Shown here in pieces: positions 27,502-39,329 of a stretch of DNA of 64,000 nt. The stretch is from positions 365,974 to 429,973 of the forward strand of contig CAJNOJ010000062.1 in assembly GCA_905250025.1 (NCBI GenBank), given 5' to 3'. A program made the position numbers and the translations under genes. This stretch comes from Adineta ricciae. Its lineage: Eukaryota. Every line of letters begins with the position of its first letter. The stretch's first letter is position 1. Under the pieces are notes generated by a model, which was not told the DNA's origin, made no database searches, and saw only the letters and a program-made list of their open reading frames with translations.

Positions 27502-27631
27502 TTCATATCTTAAATGAATACAAGAGAAACTAAATACGTTCTCGATTTGAAAAAAATTATCGACTAATATTTATTCGAATATAAAAATTTGGTTAGAAAG
27601 ATAACAAAACGCATATGTTAGAAAGCAACTG

Positions 27632-30600
27632 TTAGCATGCAAGAAGGAATTTTGAACGAAAGACTTGAATTTTGATTGAAGATGAGTTAGTAAGAGGGTG
27701 ATTAGAGGGATTCAAAATTAGAAAATAAAAAGCACCAGAGAATTTCTCAGAGTTTTGTAATTGTTTTTTCACCATTGTCGATTTTACGTTCACGTCGCTA
27801 GGAAGAAAAGAGGAAATTTTATGGTAAAGTGTTTGTAATGATATTGTTCGTACTTCACGTCTTAATGCTTGACTTGATTCGTAGAGGCTTCTCGCTTGGG
27901 CAATTTCCACTTCATGTGGAACATCAGGGATTGCGAAATCAATCGCAAACTTGATCGCCAGTAGGATGTGCTAGAAGAAGCAAATCACGATCCTTGATAA
28001 AACGTATCAAGTTCGCAGAAATAGTATCCTACTTCAGCAGCAACAAACAGGAGAATATATTCGACGGTACTGTACGATGAAAAATACTCTCGAACCGATG
28101 GTTGCATAGCAATCAAAGCTGTATTCGTCACAATAGCGATGGAGCTGAGGATATCGAATGCATAGTGCCAACTTCCAATGTTGCTAGCTGGTTGAGCGAA
28201 TGGACGTTGGTAAACATAACAGTATTTAAATGCATCAGCACGAAGTTCAAAAATATTATTGATAAACCCGCAGATAGCTACCCAAGGAAATACCTGAATG
28301 CAAGAAAAGAATGTCGACGAAAATCATGATGAAAATTGAGTGAATTTACAGCAGAGAATAAAGCGATGTAACCATACTGTTCGAAAATAGTTAAATAATC
28401 TCCGTATGTTCCCTAGAAGAGGAGTGAAATCGTCTTTTCGATTATAGGACATTCTATCCTTACCTCAAATGGTGTCAATGTTTTCGATTGTTTGATCGCT
28501 TCGCTGGCTTTGGTATCAACAGATCCACTTCGATCTAATTGACTCTTTTTAACGGTTTTCATTACGTATGGAAGAACTTGTTCGGTAAATTTCAAAATTA
28601 AAGCATTGATGATAACTAAGGTTGTGAGTAACTAAACAAAGGTTTCGATAATAAGAAAAGATCGGTATGCGAAATAGTCCTTTTACTTGTACGACGTTTT
28701 CATAGTTAACATTGAAAAATGCTTGATAGAATAAACCTACGAAGCTGTTAACAAAAAAGAAGATGAATAACTTCGATGTTAAATTATTTTCGTAAGCTGT
28801 TTGGAGACGATGATTTTCTAAAACAGATTTTACAATTTGTCAGATCGACGAAGAAAATGCTCCACTAACCATAATCCGTTAGAAACGTCGCGATGTTTTT
28901 ATAGATGAGTTTCACCGGTATCAAGGATAACGAATAAACCATTGATGGTAACATTCGTCTCACTTTGGTTTCGATTGGATTCGAAGGATTTTCCAGAGGA
29001 AAACTTGCATTTGTTCGTTGTTGAATTTTGTAATAAGTAAAATAAAGTGTCAATGCAAATGCTAAACATCCCATCACAATCGGATAACTAACCAAATACT
29101 TTTTCACTTGACGCTTCCATCTACATCAACATAGGCACATGTGTGACGATGTTTTATTCCATTGAGCTTAACTTACGCGGGATATAATGGTTCTAATCTA
29201 CCGGTAATTGGCGATGGTTGTAAATCGCCATAATAAGGTGGACGCGGACGTTGAAAGATTTGTAAATCAAGTGTACCCCATTGATACGCTAGTTTATTTG
29301 TCAGCCGTTTCCATCGTTCCATCTAAATGACAGACTTAGCCTTGGATTCTGTGATTAGAGAAGTGAAAGATAGTTACGAAAACCGTCCACCAGATGACAT
29401 TGAACACACAGAAGAATGAATATTTCGTAAAATCGGAAAATGGTAAGACACTGAGCAAGATACCTAAGAGAAGAACATCATGTCAGCATGCAATCAATTG
29501 AGCAAGAATCTATAGTGGCACTACGAAGCTACACAACATTTAAAATTACATTTTTAATTCTTAAATTTGCCATATAGACGAATGAACTATAAAACAACAA
29601 AATTCATCAAATGGATTATTCGTTCTTGTTCTGTTTTTAATAAGTGCTATGACGTGATAAACAAACTTTGCACACGAATATTTTCTCCTCTACTCATACG
29701 CATGACTGATTTTGTTTTCGAACACGGCGAAATGGGTCAGATCGATTCGGTTCGTTTTACCTGAATGATTAATCAGTAATGTTTGTATGGAAAGATTCGA
29801 GACGCCTAATTGTCTTGTTACGACTATTTATGTATACTAACAAGAAAGAATTTATATTCATACCAAGAACGGATGTCGGTATGAGAGCTTTTGTATAAAA
29901 TTCCAAGAATGCAAAGTAAAATGCTACATTATCACCGAAATAATTGCGAATTTTATCTAAATAAACCAGAACGATCGATGTGCTTTCCATGAATTTGCCT
30001 GTCTTACGAATGTCTTGCGACTTGATTATTGAAGTTTTCGATTTGAACCAATCATACTCCATTAATTTGATATCCTCTTTGTCATGTAGTGGAAAGAAAT
30101 TGACGATAAATTTCAAATCTTGTAGCACAGTGACTGGAACAAGATAGATAAAAGTAGAAAATCAGAGAGTCAGCGTATGTGGTACTTACAAATAGTGTCA
30201 TGTTCAAACGAGAGTGACCTTGTTGGTACCCCTGGTACTGCATGTTCACTTTTCATCGGACGTAAGTTTTGGATCTCCTCAAAGATGATTCGTTGTTTCT
30301 CCGATTTAAGTAGAATATCTCCGGGATTTTCTAATTTTGTGAAAAATATAGAAGTCGTTTTGGATAGAAAAATACTTACCCGAATTTTGAAAATGTTCGA
30401 TATCGGCGACAAGAAAATCTGCTAGGCCCCCCTTCGTTGTATCCCATTTTTGTATTCGTAATTCTTCTGCTCCAACTAACAGGCGTTCATCAGTTGCACC
30501 AATGACAATCAAACTGTTCTGCAAAGATAGTACAATGGCACAGTTTCAAGTAGCAGATTATTCTTATTCGACTTACTCGACTTTCGGTGTTTCGCTCGAA

Positions 30601-30744
30601 TCGAGCCAGTAATCCAGCACCTTCGTCTTCATTATGAGTAGCAGTTAATCGATGGATAATCCACTCTTTTGTGATTGCTGGTGTCGTTGGTGCAAGCTGA
30701 AGAACTACCAGAGGTTCAAAGTTATCGGTCTCGTCGAAAGACAT
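27632..30744 (-). CDS. ANO10: Anoctamin-10 (TMEM16K) family member, a multi-exon multipass membrane protein.
   Basis: The N-terminus MSFDETDNFEPLVVLQLAPTTPAITKEWIIHRL matches human ANO10 ...[29 protein letters not shown]. ...FPLHDKEDIKLMEYDWFKSK... matches ...FPLHDSEALKKLEDTWYTR.... ...IDKIRNYFGDNVAFYFAFLEFYTKALIPTSVLG... matches ...[33 protein letters not shown].... Hydrophobic transmembrane exons include ORF 28865..29107 (...YPIVMGCLAFALTLYFTYY...). The C-terminal exon reads ...LAIKFAIDFAIPDVPHEVEIAQARSL..., matching human ...[25 protein letters not shown].... Confidence 0.85.
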
Positions 30745-31390
30745 CTTCCTATAGCAAACCTGAAGCAATCAAAAGTCGCAATATATATATCGTATTATCA
30801 TATTTGCCAAAACAACCACAGAATGACTCATCCTATCTGATGATTAGTCGCACATAATCCAACAGAAAATCATCAATAAATTAAATTGAATTTTCTTAAT
30901 TTTATTTGAAATCTAATGTATTTGCACACGTCAGTAAGTGAGAATTAGTTATTTGAATACGAAGCACCTCCGATATGATAGACCATCGATCCATAGTTTA
31001 CCCTTTCCTGGAAATCTTTCCATACACATAAACAGAATTCATTTCTTTCTTTTTTTTTCATTGAAAATCCTGCATATGATGTATAATTTCATTTAAGACA
31101 GATTAGTCTGATTCATTCTGAACGATCAAATTTTGACTGATGCAGATCGAATGAATTGATACAGTCCGATGATGATAACTGACGATTGAAGAGCATTTTG
31201 AATGTGAGACGAACAGACGACTACTTAAGTTCAGTCGTTCTTCTTGAAATATTTTCTCTTAAGTAGCAATTTGTTCGTCTTGATTCTGTGGGCTCACGTG
31301 ATTATCGATTATGAGATCTGAGGACTGTCGTCAAGTTCGAAAGAGAAACTGATCTATTCATTTGATTTACTTTTAGATTGACATCTGACA

Positions 31391-32084
31391 ATGAAGCATA
31401 ACAATGTCATCCCAAATGCTCACTTCCACAAAAAGTGGCAATTGCATGTTCGTACTTGGTTCGATCAACCGGGCCGTAAAGCACGCCGTCATCAAAAACG
31501 TTTAACCAAAGCTCAACGTGTTGCTCCTCGACCAGCCAAAGGTTCATTACGCCCAATAGTTCGTGGTGAAACACGTCGTTATAATACAAAAGTCCGTGCT
31601 GGCCGTGGCTTTTCCTTGGATGAAATTCGTGCTGCTGGTCTTCATCCTACCTATGCTCGAACCATCGGTATTTCAGTTGATCATCGACGACGCAATAAAT
31701 CCACTGAAGCTTTACAAGTAAGTTGAATCGAACTCATACACGAACACTTCGATGATCATATCTTATGTTTAGCTTAATGTTCAACGTCTAAAACAATATC
31801 TCGGTAAACTCATCTTATTCCCATTGAAAGCTGATAAACCCAAGAAGAACGATGCCAAACCCGAAGAAACTAAATTAGCTGTTCAACTTAAGAAACAACG
31901 TGTTATGCCAGTTAAACAACGTGTCGTTCGTGAAAAAGCACGACCTGTCAATGATGCTGACACGAAATTCCAAGCGTTTCAAGCTATTCGTATGGCTCGT
32001 GCTGATGCTCGTTTGATTGGTCAACGCGAAAAGAAGGCTAAACAAGCAGCTGAAGATGAAAAGAAACCGAAGAAAGAGAAATGA
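31391..32084 (+). CDS. RPL13: 60S ribosomal protein L13 (eL13), two exons (about 31391-31720 and about 31780-32084).
   Basis: [33 protein letters not shown]...[66 protein letters not shown] is near-identical to human RPL13 (...[21 protein letters not shown]...[26 protein letters not shown]...[21 protein letters not shown]). A GTAAGT donor follows 31720. The second exon reads ...[17 protein letters not shown]...[53 protein letters not shown]. Confidence 0.9.
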
Positions 32085-32228
32085 GCATTTTCTTTTGTTT
32101 TTGTAAACAAGTATTTGGATTGAAAAAGAATCGAAATAAAGAAAAAGAAGATCATATCCGATCGACAAAATCAATATATCGATCGAAGAAAACTAAAAAC
32201 AATCTTGTTTTGTTTTTATAGATTTTTC
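32085..32228 (+). promoter_or_regulatory. A 144-nt RPL13-COX11 intergenic spacer with AATAAA at 32135-32140 and a polypyrimidine-AG acceptor (cttgttttgtttttatag) ending at 32221, 7 nt upstream of the COX11 ATG. I read this as a candidate SL trans-splice acceptor and operon-type junction.
   Basis: The RPL13 stop is at 32082-32084 and the COX11 ATG at 32229. The spacer reads ...cgaaataaagaaaaagaag...aaaacaatcttgttttgtttttatagatttttcATGAAT. Confidence 0.5.
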
Positions 32229-33095
32229 ATGAATCTGTTACTTTCCCGTCATCTTCTACGTCCTTTCCTCTCGAAAGCTTTCCTACATAATCATATTCAA
32301 CCATCTATATTATCAATAAAACAGTTTTCATCAGTATCAATTAATAATCAGCCCGAAAAGCCACCATCCTCGGATAAGAATAAGTTCGAACAAGAATTTA
32401 AGAAATTCGAGAGAAATGAAAAGAACCGCCGCATTAATATCGCACTTTACATGAGTTCAATGGCTATTCTTATGCTTGGATTAACATATGCATCTGTTCC
32501 ACTTTATAAAATGTTCTGTGAAGCAACGGGTTTCGATGGCGTGATTCGGAAAACTGGTGATGACGAAACCATATCAGCGAATGTTCGACAATTAGCTCAA
32601 CGAACTGCGAAAACAGATCCAATGCTTCGAATTCATTTTACCTCAACACCTTCAGCACTTTTACCGTGGACATTCGAGCCCGAACAGCATGAAATATCGA
32701 TTCAGCCAGGTGAGACCGCTCTGGCTTTTTATCGTGCAAAGAACGAGTCCAATCGACCGATTATTGGCATCGCAACATACAATGTTCAACCGTCGCAAGC
32801 CGCGTTCTATTTCAACAAAATTCAATGTTTCTGTTTCGAAGAGCAACGCTTAGAACCAGGTGAAGAAATCGATATGCCTGTCTTCTTTTATATCGATCCT
32901 GATTTTATCCAAGATCCAAGTTTACAAGGTGTTCGCGATATTAGTTTAGCTTACACATTTTTCGAAAGCAAAGGCACTGAACATCTTGCTCTAATGGGCG
33001 GTGATCAATCCATGGCACATGTGAGGTTAAAACCAAGTGAAACATTACCGTACGCACATCGGCATAAAGACAAAATTCTACCGAATACTTCTTAG
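32229..33095 (+). CDS. COX11: Cytochrome c oxidase copper chaperone/assembly factor COX11; it appears to be a single exon.
   Basis: ORF 32205..33095 has a predicted N-terminal presequence, a transmembrane helix ...ALYMSSMAILMLGLTYASVPLYKMFCEATGFDG... (the conserved COX11 VPLY..FC..TG motif), and downstream ...FTSTPSALLPWTFEPEQHEISIQPGETALAFYRAKNESNRPIIGIATYNVQPSQAAFYFNKIQCFCFEEQRLEPGEEIDMPVFFYIDPDF..., with the conserved COX11 CFCF copper-site Cys pair. I chose ATG 32229 because a polypyrimidine-AG acceptor ends at 32221. Confidence 0.85.
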   Translation: MNLLLSRHLLRPFLSKAFLHNHIQPSILSIKQFSSVSINNQPEKPPSSDKNKFEQEFKKFERNEKNRRINIALYMSSMAILMLGLTYASVPLYKMFCEATGFDGVIRKTGDDETISANVRQLAQRTAKTDPMLRIHFTSTPSALLPWTFEPEQHEISIQPGETALAFYRAKNESNRPIIGIATYNVQPSQAAFYFNKIQCFCFEEQRLEPGEEIDMPVFFYIDPDFIQDPSLQGVRDISLAYTFFESKGTEHLALMGGDQSMAHVRLKPSETLPYAHRHKDKILPNTS

Positions 33096-33276
33096 TTTTC
33101 TATGTGTATGTATATAACACGAAAACATTCACACGATGTATAATTGAAAATAAAACATTTTCAATACTTAAATTCTGCATATCGTTTCTCGAAATGTGAC
33201 TATGAGCGTCTGCTCTCTACGACGGTGGTTAGTTTATTGCATCATTTGTAGAAGAACAAGAGCACAAATGGGAAAA

Positions 33277-34554
33277 CTATTTCTTTTTACTAATTTTGTC
33301 TAATGTTTTCCAACATAGATAGAACGCTCGTGGAACGTGATAGCATCCTTTCCATTTGCCACCTTTTAAATTCAATAAAACCTCACCTTGACGATTTAAG
33401 TAACCGAACAGTTCACCACCTTCGGCGTCAACAAAATGATCAATGGTATACTTTTGAACTTTGTTTAACCAAACGAACAGTTCACTCATTCGATCTGGTC
33501 GATGGTCGATAGCTTTAATCAATGCAATTAGCGTTTCAAGATGAACCCACCAAAGCTTTTGATCCCATTCAAGCTGTTGAGGCGGATGTCGCTCGATGTC
33601 CAGAAAATAGAAGATACCGCAATATTTTTCATCCCAACTATAATCTAGGATCTTCAATAATGTGTCAACACAAATTGATGCTAATTCTTTATTGTTTTGT
33701 CGTTCGGCAATGTCCAGTAAGAACCACATGGCTTCGATTCCATGTCCGGGATTTAGCAGACGTCCTTCGAATGAATCGCTTCTAGATCCATCACTCGCAT
33801 TGATATATTCTAAAACTAGACCTGAATCAGTTTGACGGAATTCGTTGATTATTTCTTTGGTACATTCGTTTGTTAACGTTTGAATGAGTTGTTTGTCGAT
33901 GAGATGTTCCAATTCCATAGCTAAATTGCACATCATCATCGGCAGTGCGAAGCTTTTCAGTTGTCGTGATGATAAAGGACTCGCTTTGTTCCATTCACCT
34001 TTAGGATTTGAACGACGCTTTTGTATATCATCAAATGTTTCTAATGCAATTTGTTTATATTTCTCACAATTGACTTTATCTGCTTTGGCCATTTGACCGA
34101 ATGCCATCGATGCAAATACGCTGGAGAATATGTTGTAAGGCTCAACTAACGGTTCACCGTTTTGTGTTAATGAGAAATACCATTGACCATTCGTTGGATG
34201 TCGACCGTATTTCTCCAAAAATAAGGCGCCATGCTGAGCAGTCTTCAACCATTCTTGTCGCTCGGCATCCGGAACGTTCAAATCGGCATCTTGATGTAAT
34301 TTAGCAAACATCCAGACTTGTCGTGCTTGTAGCCAAATGAATTTGTCTGTATCGAAGACTTTGCCATCACGATCGAGACAAGTGAAATAACCACCACATT
34401 CTCGATCTATCGAATGACGAAGCCAAAACGGTATAATATTGGTTAGAAGATAATCGCGATAGTAATGTGACCAGAGATTAAAATCATACGTTTCATTCAT
34501 TCTCTCTCGACTTATGATGCTCTCAAATAAAATAAGATAAGAAGATTTCGTCAA
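33277..34554 (-). CDS. RENBP: N-acylglucosamine 2-epimerase (renin-binding-protein family, AGE), intronless 425-aa ORF.
   Basis: A single uninterrupted minus ORF reads ...[69 protein letters not shown].... This compares with human RENBP ...[45 protein letters not shown].... Downstream ...[15 protein letters not shown]... matches ...QNPGHTLEAGWFLLR..., and ...[35 protein letters not shown]... matches ...[35 protein letters not shown].... Confidence 0.9.
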   Translation of the reverse strand: [425 protein letters not shown]

Positions 34555-35089
34555 CTTCGAAGTTATCTAAAACGTGATATCGCTATAAACACTGACACAC
34601 ATTCATATGCTATTTCTTAACATGAGACACAACGTCATTCAATGACCTGATATGCCAATAATAGAAGACAAACTGACTGTTCGACACAACGCGCATGGCC
34701 TAGTGAATGATTACCATATGAATATCATAGATCGATTCTGCACTTCTGCTGATGTTTTATTTTGAAAAGAAAACCAAAAACCTTGAGGAAAAAAAACATT
34801 GTTCTAGAACAATTAGCCAATCAATCAGTACAAAGATAAAGTAATACAAGAATAAAATCACATCGCTGACTTAATCGTATTCACTTTTGATTTCCGAATG
34901 CAGTAAATCTACAGCACACTTTCTAATCATCATACTGGTACAAAAGGACGAGTTAAAAACAATGAATGAGCTCACATCAGAACACTTATGCACGTGTAAA
35001 AGACACAGAAAAAAAAGGAATCATGTTTGAAATTACGAATTAAATGAAGTTTTAGTGTTTATTTTATACGGCCTTATAGATTTTTCAAT

Positions 35090-37702
35090 TATTATTCATC
35101 TCATTCGTTAATTCTCCTCTCATTTGCACCCGTTTCAGTTGTACATTCATAGGTGGTATACCAGACAGCAATACTGTTCTTTCGTTTTGACGTGCTCTAT
35201 CTTCGTGATCTTTGATACTATAAAAGAATTAATCACATCATTAGAAAAGCAAATATATATCATGTTTCAAGATGATATTCTTACCCTCGCAATATGATCA
35301 CGAATATACCGGAGAGCACAAGCATTACAATACAGCACATGAATATGATAGATAACCGTAGATGCTAAAAATGAGAAAATAACACAGAACATTTGTAATC
35401 GAGTCAATTAGCACTGATAAAGCTCACCCATATGATGATTGCAAACATGAAAGCAAACCGAGGAATTCGAAAGTAGTTCATGAGAGTTGATCGAACTATA
35501 AATAGATGACACGGCGAAACAATGAGCATATTAGTTTATCGAATGACAGTTCGTTACCTGAATCCGGAAGGTATCGATTTCGCAACAAACTTATGGATGG
35601 TAAATATATACCAACGCATAGTTCATACATGCACAAGCCAATGAAAACCAGTATTTGCGCCTAGAAATACTCAGTCTATCTCAAATTCATTTACTAAACA
35701 TATGTATCGAATGCAATTACGTTATTGGAATAACGAATTCCAGTTCGTCATATTGACGTAGATTCTAAATTATGACTATTAATATAAATAGTATAATAGA
35801 AATGGCAGTCGGTTGATTATACAATGGTTAGTTGTATGAATCGGTAACGATCCCATTTACAAAGATGGTACTTCTATGTTCGAATGCAGAGATAAACTAA
35901 GTGCGGTTCAAGTACAAAAAATGTCGATGATTTATCAATACTTTCTTAAAACCATCGTATGTGAATGGAACAGTTACCGATTGAAATCCATCACCACTAT
36001 AACCGTTGTCTCACTTCTACTATTCCAACATTTCACGAAATAATTGTCAAGAATTGTATATTCTGTCAACATCTCACTCGCCTCAAACATTCTCTTTATA
36101 CTCGCACAAAAAAGCACTACATAGATATATTTTTAAATCAGTTCGCCGGTCAGTTATGGGTCGCTATCAGTTTTCTTCTCCTCTCGAAAAGTCCGATTAT
36201 TTCAGATAAATATGATACTCACATTCGGAATAATCACTGGAATGGACAATGCCACAGCAGCCACTAACATTACCATCCTTCAAAATTTTACTTATTAGAC
36301 TTTGATACTAGTCTGATTGGACTACTTACGGCAAATATGTATGAATATCGAATCGTCTCGCCAATGCTTTAAACAAAAATGCACCCATCATATTAAATGC
36401 CTATTTTACACAAGTATTTATCCTTTATTTTCACACGCTGCGACGTAAGTTCTTACCATGAAACTAGAAAACATGAAACCTAATGGTAAAGAATCAGATA
36501 TTGTCCATAGCTTAGCATCTTCAAGTGCAGGTGTCCATTCTAATGAGTAAATGTAAATCGTCGCTTCAAATAGACTTGTTATTAGACCGACTAAGAGTAC
36601 TCGTGTATCTAGACATGACATATTATCCATTACATTTGCAAAACCACATCAATTAGAAGAATCTATTTCACCTGTACGAATGACTTCGATAGCAGCTACG
36701 AATGATGTTGATACTTTGGCTTCGCGATCACCATAGTTCTCTTTCCATTGCCATATTAGAAAAAATATCATGACCAGATATATGCCAACTGCCACTTCGA
36801 ACGGCGCTCTAATAATCACATCAGTTATTTTCACGATAGTATATCAAAACAGACGTTAGATGTGAAGTATAACTGTGACAACTTACGCATATCCAAGAAA
36901 CTCCGCTGAAATTTCAGCAACGATGCCTGCTGCTACTGCTGCCAACGTCGAGGATAAAACTATTCATCCAAATAAGACAAATGAATATACACCGCACATA
37001 TTCCACACAACATTCTAACTTACATGCATTTCGCAGCAGATGTTTTAGCGAATCAGTATCGAGATCGTTCTACAACCGAACACATACTCAACCTACACTA
37101 CACCGAAAGACAGACTATAACATACATCATGGTGTTCTTGCAACAGCCAAGATTCGAAGTTAGTATTGTAGAGCGAATGAGCCATACCACGAAATATACT
37201 TCCCAACACAAGAACAGAAAGGATATTGAAGTTCTTGAAGAGCAGAGAGAACTGTTAGAGTAAACGAGAGAAGAGGCGATGAGGATACTGACGAGTGAGA
37301 GACAATGGATGGTGTAGAAGACTGAAGAGAGAATACATGCTAGTCGACGTCCACTAAATGTAGAGAATGAGTGAAGTATGTTGTAAGGGTGAAGTTGATA
37401 CTCACAACTTGTCAGAAAGTGAAGATGTGATTGTGCCAAGACACAGGGTGGAAAGGTGTGCACAGAGATAGAGTGACTCGATAGTTGATCGTGGAATGTT
37501 GTACGACGCGAGAAGAGCATATCGGTAGGATCCTTGTAGATTGTTTCCAGCTATGAGAGAAAGAGAAGTGATGGTGTTGGAAAGAGAAGGAGGAGAATAC
37601 CTGCGGCAAGTGCATATCCAATGAGATAGGTAAGTTGTAGTTGTTTGAAAACAGGTGAATCTGAAGATTGTTCTTGAGACGCTTTGCCAAGTTCAATAGT
37701 CA
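35090..37702 (-). CDS. MFSD5: MFSD5-like (molybdate-anion transporter family) MFS transporter, tandem copy 1, multi-exon.
   Basis: Exons read ...DTRVLLVGLITSLFEATIYIYSLEWTPALEDAKLWTISDSLPLGFMFSSFMV... (human MFSD5 DRRVLLLGTIQALFESVIFIFVFLWTPVLDPHGAPLGIVFSSFMA), ...RAPFEVAVGIYLVMIFFLIWQWKENYGDREAK... (human ...APFVAAIPLLALAGALALRNWGENYDRQRAF), ...LAAVAAGIVAEISAEFLGY... and ...LIASSLVYS.... The N-terminal exon MTIELGKASQEQSSDSPVFKQLQLTYL... starts at about 37702. Confidence 0.75.
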
Positions 37703-39329
37703 TACTATTCTAAACGATAATGTGTGTTATGAAAGAAGTCAAAATGATTGTGCAGCGTCTCGCGCAAATATTTATTTGAACTTGCTCGGTTTTTACGGAT
37801 GAGCGAAGTCGATAAGTGTATGTATATAGGGGAGAGACAGAGAGAAGTCAGGCTGTCGTCGAAGTCTATGCGTATTTAGGTGGATTATAAGGAAGAAAAA
37901 GAATATGATTGGGAGGATAAAGTAGGACAATGCGGTTAAGATGTATAATTTTTATACCAACATACATTAAATGTTCTAATCACATGCGCTTTATTTCGTT
38001 GATACTTATGCAATGACTTATCAGCTGTTTCGATTCGCCAGATGAAATGAAACAAAAATACTGAAGAATGTCGCTGTGTTTTTTTTATAAACTTTAGAAT
38101 ATCGGAATAAGATTGAAATATGATGCGAAAAAGCTTTTGATGATCACCATAGTCCAAGTTCAAAACTCGTTGAACCTGAAGATCAACATATTAGACACCA
38201 TCTTTACCACTCCGTCTACTCACCCATCATAAAATCTTTTTGTTGAAAAATGAACTCTCCAAAAACTCTCTCGTCAATTCTATGTATCTTGATATGCTCC
38301 GATGCTATTTTGCTTATTAAAAGTAGTAACTCGCTCTCAATAAAGAGGAAATGCAGAAAAACATATATAAAATGAATAATATTCAAGAAAAAACAACCAA
38401 GATTCAGACATCTAAAAATACTACGAAATCTACACCAATGTTCGCCATTTGAAATACATTTCTACATTGACATACGATCGTTGACATAATGAAGACTGGA
38501 AAAACAAAGAATTCAATGATAGACTCAGTCATTAATTTTTTAGTTGAAAAAAGTTCATCTGTTGAAATGCGCTATGGAGAACTCTTCTCGCTCCAAAGTA
38601 AAATTATTGAATAAATTACATTGACATGCAGGTAACGTCTCATTTCAAGCATTTCTTGTAAGTAATGAAATTGCATCTTTCAACAAATAGTTAAGAATAG
38701 AATTCTAGGACAACAAACAGCAGCAATATCGAAGCAAAAGTTATCTTTCGATGATGTTTTCACATTCGAAATTCAGACATTTGATGTCTTTACTGTGATT
38801 ATTGAATCTATTCATATCGTATAATTAACCTCGAAGGTACATAAAGGTAGATAAAGCGTACCTCACTTTCAAAGTGAAAGCAGTCACAAGCAACGTTCAG
38901 ACACTCATAACACATACGATAAATATCTGTAACATAGAATGTATCGATACATATGAACGCGATCTTTTTGCAATGACAATAGCTGGATGAATAAGAATGA
39001 CTTTTATTTCCGCTGTAATGCAACATTTAAAGTCATTACGATGATATTCATGAGTAGATTACTACTCTACTTCTATATGAAATCATTTATGTAATACATG
39101 TCCCACTTTCAAGATAATCACCCCGAATGCCGAGTATCTAATTTCTGCAGATCAATTCATACGTATGTTTAACTATGAAATGAACAGATTTGACTTCGAA
39201 TTATTTTCAAACATTTATTCGTAAGTTTTTCATATAGTATGTTAATTTACGCAAATGCTTTACAGGAAATTAACTATTGACAGTTCTTTTTTTTAGTTTT
39301 ATTCCTCTTCTACACTCCTATTTTGCGAT

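Noticed and set aside
37024-37263. A 79-aa plus-strand ORF (MHFAADVLANQYRDRSTTEHILNL...) conserved in all three MFSD5 units (also 40980..41219 and 44069..44308). It could be taken for an independent conserved small gene.
   Set aside because: It lies antisense to MFSD5 exons and intron within the gene-conversion tract. Its conservation is explained by DNA identity of the tract. The substitutions between copies are not biased toward synonymous changes in this frame. There are no splice or start-context signals.
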